This document shows, one piece after another, positions 13,140 through 26,206 of a DNA stretch of 64,000 nt. A program made the translations under genes and the position numbers. The DNA is taken from assembly GCA_052327205.1 (NCBI GenBank), contig CM126223.1:37076001-37140000 (forward strand), given 5' to 3'. Position 1 is the stretch's first letter; every line of letters starts with the position of its first letter. The stretch is from Somniosus microcephalus. Lineage: Eukaryota. The notes beneath the pieces are model-generated. The model was not told the DNA's origin, searched no databases, and was given only the letters and a program-made list of their open reading frames with translations.

Positions 13140-13365
13140 GCCAAAGCATGGTAAAATGCAGAATAAAGTTCCCTCTACTCTATCCTACAATGCGCCTGAA
13201 CCTAGGAAGAGGACACCTTAATCCAACAGTGTGATTTCCCACATTAATAATTCTAGAACCTCTCGAGTGAGAAATCAGTTTAGTGTCAATATGGGCCAGT
13301 TCCTGCTGTAAGCTCATGGCCACTACGGACTGGATCGAGATTGCCCAAACTCATTTCACTATGGT
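13140..13365 (-). mobile_element. Ancient SINE remnant, LF-SINE-like
   Basis: Minus strand gtgaaatgagtttgggcaatctcgatccagtccgtagtgg resembles my recollection of the LF-SINE core; related pieces at about 21820-22000, 23090-23120 and 54990-55110. Confidence 0.4.
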
Positions 13366-13998
13366 CCCCTGCAGTCAGCAGGCAAAAGAGACTCTCAAGT
13401 CCATCAGTCTGGGCTGGGTTTGATCCCCGAGATGTTCCGCTGCAGAATGTGGGAGTGAAATGATGAAGAATTTGATGGAATAATTTGAGTGCGTGACAAA
13501 ATGTTCAGGGAGCTGTGTGAAAACAAAATCAAAAGCCGATAATGTGTCAAGTCTCACACAGTGTGTTTGGAACCTCCCTATAATATGCTACAAATTATAA
13601 CCTGGAACACTGTCCCCACTGAATGCCATTCACCACTGGAACGAGGCTTTGAAACACTCTGGGGAAAGTGGCAAACCCTGCAAAGAACTGCTGAACATTA
13701 TAACAAGGAAATTTAATACAGATTCGAAATGACATAAACCAAGGTACCAGGCAGTGAAACAACTGTAAGAAACTCAGTTCAGTTGGTTTTGTAAGTTGCT
13801 TGACTTGCATGGTTTATATCATCTAAACCTCTCGATTAGGCTGGTCTTTGTAAGGCCCTCGCCAATGCGTCACTTGTATGGTTTATGCCATCACCTCTTG
13901 ATTAGGTCGGCCCTTATAACTCTCTCCCCAACAGCAATTGTGGTGAACAGATGAACACTTAATGCAGCACTCATTCGGGAGTGCGAATACAACGTTCA

Positions 13999-14157
<159 letters not shown>

Positions 14158-15772
14158 TCATAACCAGCGCAAATTTTGGCTCAGGCTTCCATAGTGAGGC
14201 CTGTACTACAAGACACCTTCGGTAATCCTCTCTAAGTCATCCCGTTGTTCAAAATCCCATTTTAAAGGCACACTGGCACCTCTTCTGCTGTTACCTAAAA
14301 CACTCCACCCACTGAACATTTGTATGTAAACATGCGACATTTTCCAGCATGGGTTACAAAATTCTGCAGCTTTGCGGCCCATGAACTATTTAATTACAGA
14401 GCGGACAACTGATCTGAATTCATCAAAAACCAGCCCGCCCACATTCTAACTCTGCATCTCCACTTTACCTCCCATTTGTAACCTGCTGGCAGTCCCGATC
14501 CTCAGACTCCCCCAATTTGCTCACCAGTGCGAGTTGTGGTGATCCAGGTTTCAGTTCCTTTTCCTCCCCCCTCCAAAAGCACTGACAGCGGCACCGTCAT
14601 CTTTTGAAAGTATTTGACAAATCTTTTTTCAGGTTTGTTTTAACGTAAGTCACCACAATAAGATGTATTGTTACTCTGCAATGAGGCCATGATACTGAGC
14701 TTGTCCCTCCCAAACCAAGTATGGCGATCATTATTTTTTAGGGAGATGGTGTCCCTTTAATTAAACTCTCTTGCACTGAGTCACCACCATTTTCATAAAA
14801 TAGTCAAACACAAAATACTAATAGAAACATAAAAATCGTTAACTCGAATAGTTTAACGGTTCAATTTTTTTTTTAAAAGGCCATGACAGTGAGACTCTGT
14901 CAGGATCTAAAAATATTGTGCCCTGTGACATAAGAAAACTACTAGGCACTTGGTCTAAGCGTTAAACAAAGCTTTAATCAACTGTTTTTCAACATGGAGA
15001 TCTAGTTGTGTCCTTCACTAGTTCCTGTAAAAGAATGTCCTGAGCAAGCTGGGCCCATGCCCGAGTATTTATACTCTCCCTGGACAGCACCACCAGCAGG
15101 CTGCCCAGTATTATTTCATAAGTCATTTCCACATGAATGACAAGATTCATGTCACCCTGTTCAACTATAACTTTCAAAACTAATTCTTTTGCCCTCTCCA
15201 ATTTCCACCTAATTCTTCCGACGCTGCTTACATGTTATTTACTCGCCGACATTTCATCCAAGTGCCACTACCCCATGTGTGAGCCTCGACAGTGAGTGCC
15301 ACAGGCTACTTAGCAGTGTCTATGGGGTATTCTTGCAAGTGGGGGGGGCGGTTGGAATCACAGCCAAGCGGAACTCTGTATTCGCCAGATTGCTACATGT
15401 GCGCTCTCCAACGCGAGCTCAGTATCAGGGTCGCCAGCTGATATTAGCCTTCCTTAGAGACCAAATGCAGTGGCCCCAATGCCACCCTGGCTGTGAGCAG
15501 CTAACCCAGTGGAGCTCAGTCTCATGTTGGATGTTTCCTTTAATCGGCTGAGCTGTTAGCAGAGCCGGCTAATTCCCTTCCCCCCAAATCCGCGGGCGCT
15601 TTACAACAAAGACACAGAACGAAGTTACGCAGCCCGTCTGAATGTTTGAAAATGGTCTTGCTTGAGAGGACTTTGATGCTTTAATAAGATATAATTTCTT
15701 AATCATTCACTTATCTTTCCATGCCAGAGGGAGCAGACAGACAGATTATAATTCAAGAGGAAGAATTCTTAC

Positions 15773-15802
15773 CCTCAGCATCGGCCTGAATGGATCTGTC
15801 AA
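15773..15802 (-). CDS. AUTS2: AUTS2 30-nt microexon (exon 13 equivalent)
   Basis: ttatttgcag|...ctgagg|gtaaga; phase 0/0; LTDPFRPMLR. Confidence 0.96.
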
Positions 15803-17249
15803 CTGCAAATAAAGAGTGACAGCTCGGTTACGCGCCTGTCAGTCAAAGCATTACAATAATTGCAATTTTTATTGCCTCGTTAGTCGTTAATTTAAAATGT
15901 TAACATTTTACTTTCAGATGAAACATTATTAGAAAAAATAATCAGCAAGCTTTTATACAATTGCCTGACCTTCTGTTCTTTGTTAATAATCTGAGGAACA
16001 GAGAACGCTTCAGGCGCATTACCATAGAAGCAGCTTCCTTTTCAATGCAGAAAACAATTCTAAAAGTGTGACCCCTTTTCTACTAATTCCTTTGCGCAAT
16101 AGGATCTGATTGAACAGGACAACTGAGCTCTTTTAACCCATTCTGTTTTACCCCAGTACAGTTAGGAGTAATGCCACCTTCTGGTGAGCACACCACTGAC
16201 AAATGATGTGGCGTTTTAAAATGATAACTGCATGCGCACAGATCCAGTATTTTATTGCCTTGCTAGCTGATCAACATACATTTCAGTTTCCGCCTTGATA
16301 AATATCAGATTTGAGAGATTAATCGAGTGCAGGCTGAGCCCAGCATCAGAGCCTGAGTTATGAGGAAAGGCTGGCGAAACTTGGGCGACTCGTCACTTGA
16401 AGGGGTTCCCACCGAGGTGTGCAGAACAGTGAACAGAATGGATGGGGTGAATCCAGAACATTACTGCACAGTAAGTAGGGACAGTAGGAAAGGAGGTGCA
16501 AAGGTTCAAACAAAAGTCAACTTCAGAACTGATATCAGGAAACTCGTCTACACACAGCGTGGGATAGACGTCCAAATAGGGTATTGGAAACAAAAGGCTG
16601 CAATCATTTTTTTTAAGTTTTAAGACCAATTTTATTTTTATTTTATTTTTTTTAAGTCTGACACTTTCACTATTTTGCACCAGCAAGTACATGCAAAATC
16701 TTCTGCTCTCCCAGTTTTATCCCCTCATTCCTCCCAGGGCTTGGGAAATCTGGCAGCTGAAGGGAGGCGAGAATGGCCAGATCTCGCGGATAAGTGCCTT
16801 TCCAGCACTGCTTGCACTCATTGGGGGATATAAAACCTGTTCAAATTGAAAATTCATTTTCACTAACTCATGATTTTTAAATTAGCAATAAAAACTGACT
16901 TTAACGGTCGTTGTTTGTCTTCGTCATGACCCCCCGCCCCCCCCCCCCACCAAGCTTGCTGATGCCAATTTACTAGATCACAAGATGAGGAAGGCAGTTC
17001 GGCCTGCCCTAGCTCAAACAATAAGATGGCCCTATCGCAGCCTGCAATTGTTTTTTTATATGATTCCAGTAGTTCTCTCCACTGTTCCCCTCTCAGGAAG
17101 TCCATTTCAAGCATTGATCAAATTTCTGAAGAACAACTTTCTGACCTCAGTCCTAAATTTGCCTTTCTCCAGACTGAACATGTCCAAAAAAAAAAAAAAA
17201 AAATTTCAAACCAGCATTATTTCTTCACAAAGCTAATGGGGGGGGGGGG

Positions 17250-17826
17250 AAGGGAATTTTAACCCCCCAGGACGTGTGGGAGAGGGGCGGGGAGGAGGTT
17301 AGAATTTTAAAAATCAGAAATCAGACCCCAATCGCCCTCCAACGTGCCTGCTTCCAGTTTTAACGGAGGTGGGTTGGGAAGGGTGGGCGACTAACCTGCT
17401 CTTTAGAGGTGGCTCTGTAATTTAAATATTTTAATGAGGCTGCGTGCCTCAAATTTTGCCACAGTTTTAAATTTAAGTGCTGCGGGCTGGGTTTCCCAGG
17501 GCTTGGGAAACCTGGCAGCTGAAGGGAGGCGAGAACAGCCAGATCCCGCAGGTGAGTGCCTTTCCAGCACTGCTTGTGGTTTAGGATCTCCCCCCGGCCT
17601 TTCCGATCTCCCCATGAGCTTTCCGATCTCTCCCTCTCTCCTTCCCTCCTCTCTGCTCCCCGGCTGCAGCCTACCAGCGCAGGCCTTCCCACACGGCAGC
17701 CGCCAACCTCTCAATCTGGCTGGCTGCCATTCGGGAAATGGGGAAAAACCATTTTAAATGAGGTCCTCATTTTCGGGTTTGCTGGCCATTACAACCCCCC
17801 ACCCTGTCATCCTGTGAATATCAGGG
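17250..17826. mobile_element. GC-rich MITE-like element
   Basis: Starts gggaattttaacccc and has a GC-rich interior; an ~85-bp internal piece recurs at about 16732-16815. Confidence 0.5.
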
Positions 17827-17995
17827 CTAATGTTTCTGGGCTAATGGGGAGATATTCAATCTTGCACTTTAACCATGGCTGCTGTCTGATGCACTTATTG
17901 TTTCTGTGTCCCAATTCCAAATATTGCAATAAAATCAAATTGTTGGAAAGTTTTCATATTCTATGCAGACCTATTGACCTAATGATCTATCATTA

Positions 17996-18196
17996 ATAGA
18001 AACATAGAAAAATAGGAGCAGGAGTAGGCCATTTGGCCTTTCGAGCCTGCTCCGCCATTTCAATAGGATCATGGCTGATCCTCTCTCCCCATACCCCTTG
18101 ATGCCTTTTGTATCTAGAAATCTATCTGTCTCCTTCTTAAATATATTCAGTGACTTGGTCTCCACAGCCTTCTGTGGTAGAGAATTCCACAGGTTT
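17996..18196 (-). mobile_element. CR1 3' end
   Basis: Reverse complement of the CR1 3'UTR and tail: tagaaacatagaaaaataggagcaggagtaggcc. Confidence 0.85.
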
Positions 18197-18706
18197 AATT
18201 AAATTAAACTAACTTTGTAAAAAAGAACTGAACTACTAGGATATTTGGTAAAAATTAACCTCCTTTATAGATTGTGGGCTGGATAAACACGCTTAACAAA
18301 TTGAAACATTGGCTTGAACCTCTAAGTTGTTTTATTTATTAAATCAGCAAGATGAATGAACAGCACTCAGTTTGACACCGTGAGCAATATTCCTCCCAAC
18401 ACGCCTCGACATATAAAACAACAAGCGCAACGTGCTTTCTCCCTAAACATGGACCCTAGGCTAACTCTTCCTGGCTATGCTGGCTCAGGCTTCAAAACAC
18501 AGATTGTTGCCTGCAAAATTTACACACACTCTGACTGCTCTCTCTGCAGAATTAGAAGCTAGGAATATAAATCTGCAAGATAATCTCTGTCTACTGATCT
18601 GTCAATCTTAGCGGGCTTCAACCAATCAATGTTCTTTCCAAAGAACACAAATCCATTATCATCAGCTTAGTGGTCTATCATATGATCTGTAACCAGGGAG
18701 TTTGCA

Positions 18707-19192
18707 AACAACAACAACTTGGATTTATATAGCTCCTTTAACATAGTAAAATGTCTCAAGGCGCTTCACAGGAGCGTTATCAAACAAAATTTGACACCAA
18801 GCCACAAAGAGATATTAGGACAGATGGTCAAAGAGGTAGGTTTTAAGGAGCATCTTAAAAGAGGGGTAGAGAGGTGCAGAGGGTTAGGGATGGAATTCCA
18901 GAGCTTAGCACCTCAGCAGCTGAAGGCACGGCTGCCAATGGTGCAGCGATTAAAATCGGGGGTGCACAGGAGGCCAGAATTGGAGGAGTGCAAAGATCTC
19001 GGAGGGTTGTAGGGCTGGAGGAGCTTAAAGAGATAGGGAGAGGCGAGGGATTTGAAAACAAGGATGAGAATTTTAAAATTGAGGCGTTGCTGAACCGGGA
19101 GCCAATGTAGATCAACGAGCACAGGGGTGATGGGCGAACGGTGCAAGTTAGGATACGGGCAGCAGAATTTTGGATAAGGTCAAGTTTATGTA
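18707..19192 (-). mobile_element. L2 LINE 3' fragment
   Basis: PITPVLVDLHWLPVQQRLNFKIL on the minus strand; (aac)n tail. Confidence 0.85.
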
Positions 19193-19363
19193 TGGGGGGG
19201 AAGATGAGAGAGCATTGGAAGAAAGGCAGAATATGATACACCGCTCGTGATTTGCTTAAATGAAATAGTCATTCGTCAATACTGAATGAAGGCAAACTCT
19301 ATTAATGGCCTTTCAATGCTGCTCATCATTGAGTGCAATTTAATTGTCACCTGGAGCCAGCTA

Positions 19364-19685
19364 CAGGAAACTTTGGTTTATCCGGAGGTTAACAGTCCGG
19401 AATGCTCGAGCCACCGGCAAAATTCAGGAGTCGGTTCAGTAAGTTTTTTTTCTTTTCGTTGCTTTTTTTTCACTAGTCAGGCTGGCTCTGCAAGGTCTAG
19501 CTAAAGCTGTTGCTTAGCTACAGAGACGCTTGCAAGCTATGGCCGACTGTTTAGAAGCGGTTTGTTGCTAGATATGGAGCTCAAAAGCTTCCGGATGTTT
19601 TAACATTAGCGCTGGTTTGTCCGGCAGTTTCGATGGGACGGCAACAGCTCGGTCCCGTCGGTGCCGGATATCACAAAGTTTCCTG
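19364..19685. mobile_element. Tc1/mariner (pogo/Tigger-like) MITE, copy 1
   Basis: TA|caggaaacttt...aaagtttcctg|TA: inverted termini with TA duplication. Confidence 0.8.
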
Positions 19686-20634
19686 TACTGTCCTCATTTT
19701 GAACAGTTTGTGTATATGAAGAATGCTGCAGCCAGTATGTTTGGAGCTGAACTACCTGGGGTGATACTGGTTTAACCCTTAACGTGCTGATTTTCAGAGT
19801 ACAGGAATACAAATGAACAATTTAACAGGCAAAAATCCACTTTGTCACAATGCCAACATTGAACAGCAACTTCCAAAAAACACAGCATTGGCACCAGTGG
19901 GCAGGTAGTGGCACTACAGCTACTGAAGTGTAAACAGATTGAAATACATTCACAATCATGACATTTCACAACCTCAGATTCACAAAATATGAAATGAAAC
20001 AACTGCAAAAAATCTTTTATCCTTTGCCAGCATCAAGCACTGGCTTTGTCAGCTGTAACATGGCTGTTATTTTCGAGTGGCCCGTTCCCCACCAATAGTG
20101 TGATTCAAGTCTCAGAGGACCAGCTTCTCCTCTAATAGTGTGTCACTGTCAAATCCCACGGCGTGTGTCCTTCTGCACTTTTTGTGGAAGATTCTATAAT
20201 TAGTCCTAATTAGGGCAGGATATTAAACAGTGCAGTGAACTGCTGTCAACTGGGAAAAGAACCAATACCTTATTTAGTTGCCGAAAAGGACATCAGATTC
20301 CTATGTAGGGTCGGATAAATCCAACACTTGTTTCATAAATCAACCCCCAAACTCTAAACTGTCCCTTTGACCCTGTCCCTAGCAAGTCTCAAATGGAAAA
20401 AAGAGTTATGTGTATGCAGAATAATAATGATGAAGTCAGTGCCCAAGATGTAATATTGATTGCATTCTGGAGACTGTTATAAAGCGATCTGTTATGATGT
20501 GTACACCCCCATTCTTGATCAGCAAAATGGGGGTTCTGTTGTGGATTGCGGACATCTGACCTGATAGTGATGCTGCTAGTAGACCTCCCCACGTCATGCA
20601 TATTTGTACCATTTCTTATATCTCTATAAAAAGA

Positions 20635-20965
20635 GAAGTTACAGCACAGAAGAAAGCCATTTGGCCCATCGTCTCTATGCCACTGCTAGCTCTTCAACGG
20701 GAGCTGTCGATTCTAATCCCATTTCTGTGCCCTTTGCTCATACCCATTTACATTCTTGCCTTTCCAATACTTATAGAATCATTCAACTTTACAGCACAGG
20801 AGGCCATTCGGCCCATCGTGCCCGTGCCGGCTCTTTGACAGCTATCCAATTAGTCCCACTCCCCCTGCACTTTCCCCAAAGCCCTGCAATCCTCTGCCCC
20901 TCAAGTATTTATCCAATTCCTTTTTGAAAGTTACTATTGAATCTGCTTCCACCGCCCTTTCAGAT
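20635..20965 (-). mobile_element. Two tandem CR1/HE1-type 3' end fragments
   Basis: acagcacaga(a/g)...ggccattcggcccatcg occurs twice. Confidence 0.65.
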
Positions 20966-21341
20966 CATAATAAATAAATTGTTATTTAATTGTTCAGCTT
21001 CCTTTAGAATAATGTTGGCGTCTTTGCCAGGGACCTTAAATTCCCTAATATTTGCCCCAGTTCTAAAATCAGCACCCATCTATCATGTGGGCAGACGTTG
21101 GGTGGTAGCTACTGGCATGTCTCGCCACCGGGTTAGAAAACAACAATTAACACTTAGCGTAAATATTTCCATCCCCAGCGCTGATAGTTTGCTGGTTTAA
21201 TTGTTCATTTAAAACCTATTTAAACAAGCAGCATGACAATATGGCAGATATTAAACAACTAGCAGATTACCGAAAGTTATTGCACTAATAAAAAATGGAT
21301 TACAAAGAGAGAGCTTTTTATAGAAATCAGCCAACATTTAC

Positions 21342-21413
21342 CCTGGGGTCTTTCTGCAGCAGGGTATGGGGGACAGCTCCAGGCCTCCCTGCCACATCAA
21401 TGGGATTGGAGGT
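21342..21413 (-). CDS. AUTS2: AUTS2 coding exon (exon 12 equivalent)
   Basis: ttcctccacag|...cccagg|gtaaat; 72 nt, phase 0/0; [24 protein letters not shown]. Confidence 0.97.
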
Positions 21414-22155
21414 CTGTGGAGGAAGATAGAAAAGCCAGTTAATGTGGAAAGATAAACCATTTCTGACAGTTCTGTTGAGCAGGTGAAATGTTTAATTTAG
21501 GCCAGTAACTGTAGGAGAACAAAGCAGCTATCTTCAGAATAGGAAACAGCAGCTGGTGATTTTTCTTACACATTTCTAGCCCCTTCTTTTGTTCGCTGTT
21601 TATAACTCTGCAACTGTTCTGAGAAACAACAGCATTCTACTCCTATTTTGGTTGATGTGTACCATTTTACACCAAACATACATCTTCAAACTGTTGTTAT
21701 GCCAGCAAGTAGATTGTTGCTTCAGCAAACTTTGGGAGGAAAAAAATTGAAGGAGAGAGATATTAACACTGGGAAAAGTAACATTTCCCATTTCAATAAA
21801 GTCATCCACCGCACACCTAGGTGCAGAATAAAGCTCCGTCTACACAGCCCCAACAGTGTGTCTTGATCCCAATCTCAGAAGAGCTTCTCCAACTGCCTGC
21901 ATTCCTCTAACATTTTCCAGTTCCGACACCAGCTACCCTGTGGTCTCCCTGGCTGAGATTGTCTCATTAGTGCCAAATTATATGGACACAATTAGCGTTC
22001 TGCTTTTACTTTATCCCGACATGGATACATTTCAGATTCTGAGCAGTTCTTGCAAATGTCATACTGACTTCACTTTCTTTCATGCTTAGGCAAAATGTGA
22101 AGCAACTCTTTCTTTGGCTTCAAATCTTTCTGCACCAGTAAATCGTAGAGCAAGT

Positions 22156-23055
22156 TATTATCTTCATGGCAAGAAACTGGAAAGTACTGAAGTACAAAGG
22201 GATCTGGGGGTCCTGGTGCACGAAACTCAAAAGGTTAGTATGCAGGTGCAGCAAGTGATTAAGAAGGCCAATGGAATGTTGGCTTTCATTGCTAGGGGGA
22301 TAGAATATAAAAATAGGGAGGTATTGCTTCAGTTGTACAAGGTATTGGTGAGACCGCACCTGGAATACTGCGTACAGTTTTGGTGTCCATACTTAAGAAA
22401 GGACATACTTGCTCTCGAGTCAGTACAAAGAAGGTTCACTCAGTTAATCCCGGGGATGAGGGGATGGACATATGAGGAGAGGTTGAGTAGATTGGGACTC
22501 TACTCATTGGAGTTCAGAAGAATGAGAGGCGATCTTATTGAAACATATAAGATTGTGAAGGGGTTGGATCGGGTGGATACGGGGAAGATGTTCCCGATGA
22601 TGGGTGAAACTAGAACTAGGGGGCATAGTCTTAGAATAAGGGGCTGCTCTTTCAAAACTGAGATGAGGAGGAACTACTTCACTCAGAGGGTGGTAGGTCC
22701 ATGGAATATGCTGCCCCAAAAAGCTGTAGAAGCTACATCATTACATAAATTTAAAACAGAAATAGACAGTTTCCTAGAAGTAAAGGGAATTAAGGGTTAC
22801 GGGGAGCGGGCAGGAATTTGGACATGAGTCTAGGTTCGGATCGGTCATGGCCCTGCGGGTAGCGGAGCGGGCCCAGGGGCCGTGTAGCCTGATCCTGCTC
22901 CTATTTCATGTGTCTAATTCTGTTAGATTCAGGAGCTGGTTCTGTGATAGTGGATTGGCGGTTAGGATCAGATTAGCCATGATCTTATTGAATGGCGGAG
23001 CAGGCTCGAGGGGCCGATTGGCCTACTCCTGCTCCTATTTCTTATATTCTTATGT
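22156..23055 (+). mobile_element. Young CR1 3' fragment with a doubled 3'UTR
   Basis: Uninterrupted ORF 22114-22827 (ERDLGV-like, VRPHLEYCVQFW, RGHSLRI); two cctgctcctattt 3' modules. Confidence 0.95.
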
Positions 23056-23451
23056 AACTAGCACTACCCTTGCTATGGGCTCACAGCCAATAGGAACTGC
23101 CCAAACTCATTTCACAGAGGACTTTAACAAACCATCTGTGCTATATTTAAACCCAGCTCCCATCATCAGAAAGTCTGTGTGGTAACCCACTGACAAACCT
23201 TGTCCATTCCACACTCCATTCAGTTGTCCCTGTGACACTTCCCACAGCCCGTTATAATGAGGCCACAAGAGAATCCAAGTGACATCATACGTGGGGAGTT
23301 CAATGCGGTGGCTTTAAAAGGGTAGACGAGGAATCCTACTTTGTGGCTTTCAGCACTGTTCATGTAACATATCTGACCTCACTGAGTTTAAAGTTAGAAC
23401 ATAATCGCTGTCATAAATTGCTAGAATTCAATTACTGTCGAGCTGAAGCTA

Positions 23452-24105
23452 CAGGAAACTCTCTTTTTACCAGCACCCAAATATCCAGAAATCTCTCTTA
23501 ACTGGCAAAATTCAGGAGTAGGCTCAGGTAAGTTTTACTATATATTAGTGGCCGTGTAACCGGGGTTCCTGGATCTGTGGCTGTGTAACTGGGGTTCCTG
23601 GATCTGTGGCCGTGTAACCGGGGTTCCTGGATCTGTGGCTGTGTAACCGGGGTTCCTGGATCTGTGGCTGTGTAACCGGGGTTCCTGGATGTGTGGCCGT
23701 GTAACCGGGACTCCTGCACAAGTGCCGGGTAACCGGGGTTCCTGGATCTGTGGCCGTGTAACCGGGGTTCCTGGGTCTGTGGCTGTGTAACCGGGGTTCC
23801 TGGATCTATGGCCGTGTAACCGGGGTTCCTGGATCTGTGGCCGTGTAACCGGGGTTCCTGGATCTGTGGCCGTGTAACCGGGGTTCCTGCACCTGTGGCC
23901 GTGCAACAGGGGCTCCTGGATCTGTGGCCGTGTAACCGGGACTCCTGCACAAGTGCCGGGTAACCGGGGCTCCTGCACCTGTGGCTGTGTACGGGGCTCT
24001 CGTACCTTGGTAAGTATACCTTTTATACCTCTCTGTAATCCGGACTTTTTGATCAACCGGCACCACGCCGATCCCGTCGGTGCCGGATAAAAAGAGAGTT
24101 TCCTG
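23452..24105. mobile_element. Tc1/pogo-like MITE, copy 2, with an internal 29-bp minisatellite
   Basis: TA|caggaaactctc...gagagtttcctg|TA. Confidence 0.85.
23547..23995. repeat. 29-bp tandem repeat, about 15 units
   Basis: Unit ggttcctggatctgtggccgtgtaaccgg, with variants. Confidence 0.95.
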
Positions 24106-24782
24106 TACTTGTAAGAAGCTGATCGGCTGTGACTAGTTTGCTGGTCTGTGCAACACCTTAAAATCCCCTTCATAAAAGCAACTTTGGAAGTGAGTAATGG
24201 ACTTGAAGGAAAATCCAGTGGACTATTTTAACTGGACGGTTCTAAAATAGAATTGCTGCTAATACTGTTTACCATTTTGATTTCGGAGGCCTTGGTAATG
24301 TTTTCATAGCATTGGGCAGTACTGGATGGGATCAAATAATGAGCTCCTCAACTGACCAGCCTCTTCTCAGTTTCACAAAAACGTAGTTACGTAGTCCAGT
24401 ACTGCTCGGGGCTGTTCAATTGTTCTCGGTTTGCAGTAGCTCTGGGAAAAGTTGAAGCCAGGGCTAGCAATCAGGTGTCAATCTCGTATTAGAATCAACC
24501 AATCAGAGATAAGTTTTTTTAAATGGGCAGATTAGAATAAATTTGGGAATAATTATAATAAATCTGATTATGATTAAAAATTACTCGGAAGAGTGACTGA
24601 AAACAGCCACAGAAGTGTTACACTTGTAGGAAGTATGTACAGGTAAGAGTTTTAATATATATCATAGATATTTCTGCCTTAGTTTCCCTGCTATCCCAAG
24701 TTAGCACCATCTTTCCTCATTTAGCTAGGACAGTTGAACAGTTTGGGTTGCCCACCTCTCCATGGTTACTGGCAGCACTGGT

Positions 24783-25117
24783 CATAAGAACATAAGAAAT
24801 AGGAGCAGGAGTAGGCCAATTGGCCCCTCGAGCCTGCTCCGCCATTCAATAAGATCATGGCTGATCTGATCCTAACCGCCAATCCACTATCACAGAACCA
24901 TCTCCTGAATCTAACAGAATTAGACACGAAATAGGAGCAGGATCAGGCTACACGGCCCCTGGGCCCGCTCCACCACCCACAGGGCCATGACCGATCCGAA
25001 CCTAGACTCATGTCCAAATTCCTGCCCGCTCCCCGTAACCCTTAATTCCCTTTACTTCTAGGAAACTGTCTATTTCTGTTTTAAATTTATGTAATGTAGC
25101 TTCTACAGCTTTTTGGG
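24783..25117 (-). mobile_element. CR1 3' end, inverted near-identical copy of about 22715-23054
   Basis: Reverse-complement match that includes the doubled 3'UTR. Confidence 0.9.
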
Positions 25118-25160
25118 TCCATGATCAGCCACCAGCAGATGCATTTTTGTGGGCCAATAT

Positions 25161-25471
25161 TAGAACATAAGAAATAGGAGCAGGAATAGGCCACTTGGTC
25201 CCTCGAGCCAGCTCCGCCATTCAATGCTAAGCATCATGGCTGATCTTGGGCTCAAAGCCATCTCCCTGCCCGCTCCCCATAACCCTTCACTCCCTTATCT
25301 TGCAAAAATCTGTCTATCTCCACCTTAAATGTATTTAATGACCCAGCCTCCACGGCTCTCTAGGGCAGAGAATTCCACAGACTTACAACCCTCTGAGAGA
25401 AGAAATTCCTCCTCATCGCAGTTCTAAAAGGGCGACCCTTTATTCCAAAACTATGCCCCCTAGTTCTAGAT
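25161..25471 (-). mobile_element. CR1 3' fragment
   Basis: agaacataagaaataggagcagg...agaattccacagacttacaaccctctg. Confidence 0.85.
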
Positions 25472-26206
25472 ATAAGACTATATTGGCCTAATGTTTCTCA
25501 TTCTGAGCTGATGCATTTTATCAACAAAGGATACTTCAATGTGCACCCCAACTGACTTGGTGAAACATTGTGGAATTCCAAGGTGCGGATAAAATAAAGC
25601 AGTTTCATCACATTCTTTGTATAAATGAGGTCTATAAGATGTGCAGCGAAAATAAAAATGGCATTCTGTTTCTTTGTAGATAGGTCACATTGAAACAAAT
25701 CATCATGTTAACTGGATGTGACTGTTACAATTTGGGCTTTTCCACAACACACTTTACTCAGCAAAAAGGTCATTTCCATAAGCAGGCCTGTGTCTCCGAC
25801 CAAGTGAGATCTGTAACCTTTTTCATGATGTGAATGGAACATGACACAGGACTAACAATTACTCTTTCACCATGGTATGATGCATTGGAAATTACATGGG
25901 CTATCCACCACATCCCCATCTGCTTCAATAGATGGAAAAGATCAGAGTCTGACTAAAACTAATAGTCACATTTATTTGCAAGCAGTTTAATTACGTAAAA
26001 GCAGATACACCGAGCAAGAAGCTAGCAGTATAATACTTGATTCATTACTTAAAACTGTTTCAAAACAATAAAGGGTTTTAAATCTTTAGAAGTCCATTCC
26101 AATAAATTTTGAACTTAGCCTCTGATGAAATGCGTGTAACACCCTTTCCCTGCTTTATCGTGGAAACAAGCAGTCAAAACAGGGAAAGAGCTGGCGCAGA
26201 CTCGAT

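Noticed and set aside
23498-24173. Repetitive 150-211 aa ORFs
   Set aside because: Translations of the 29-bp minisatellite inside a MITE.
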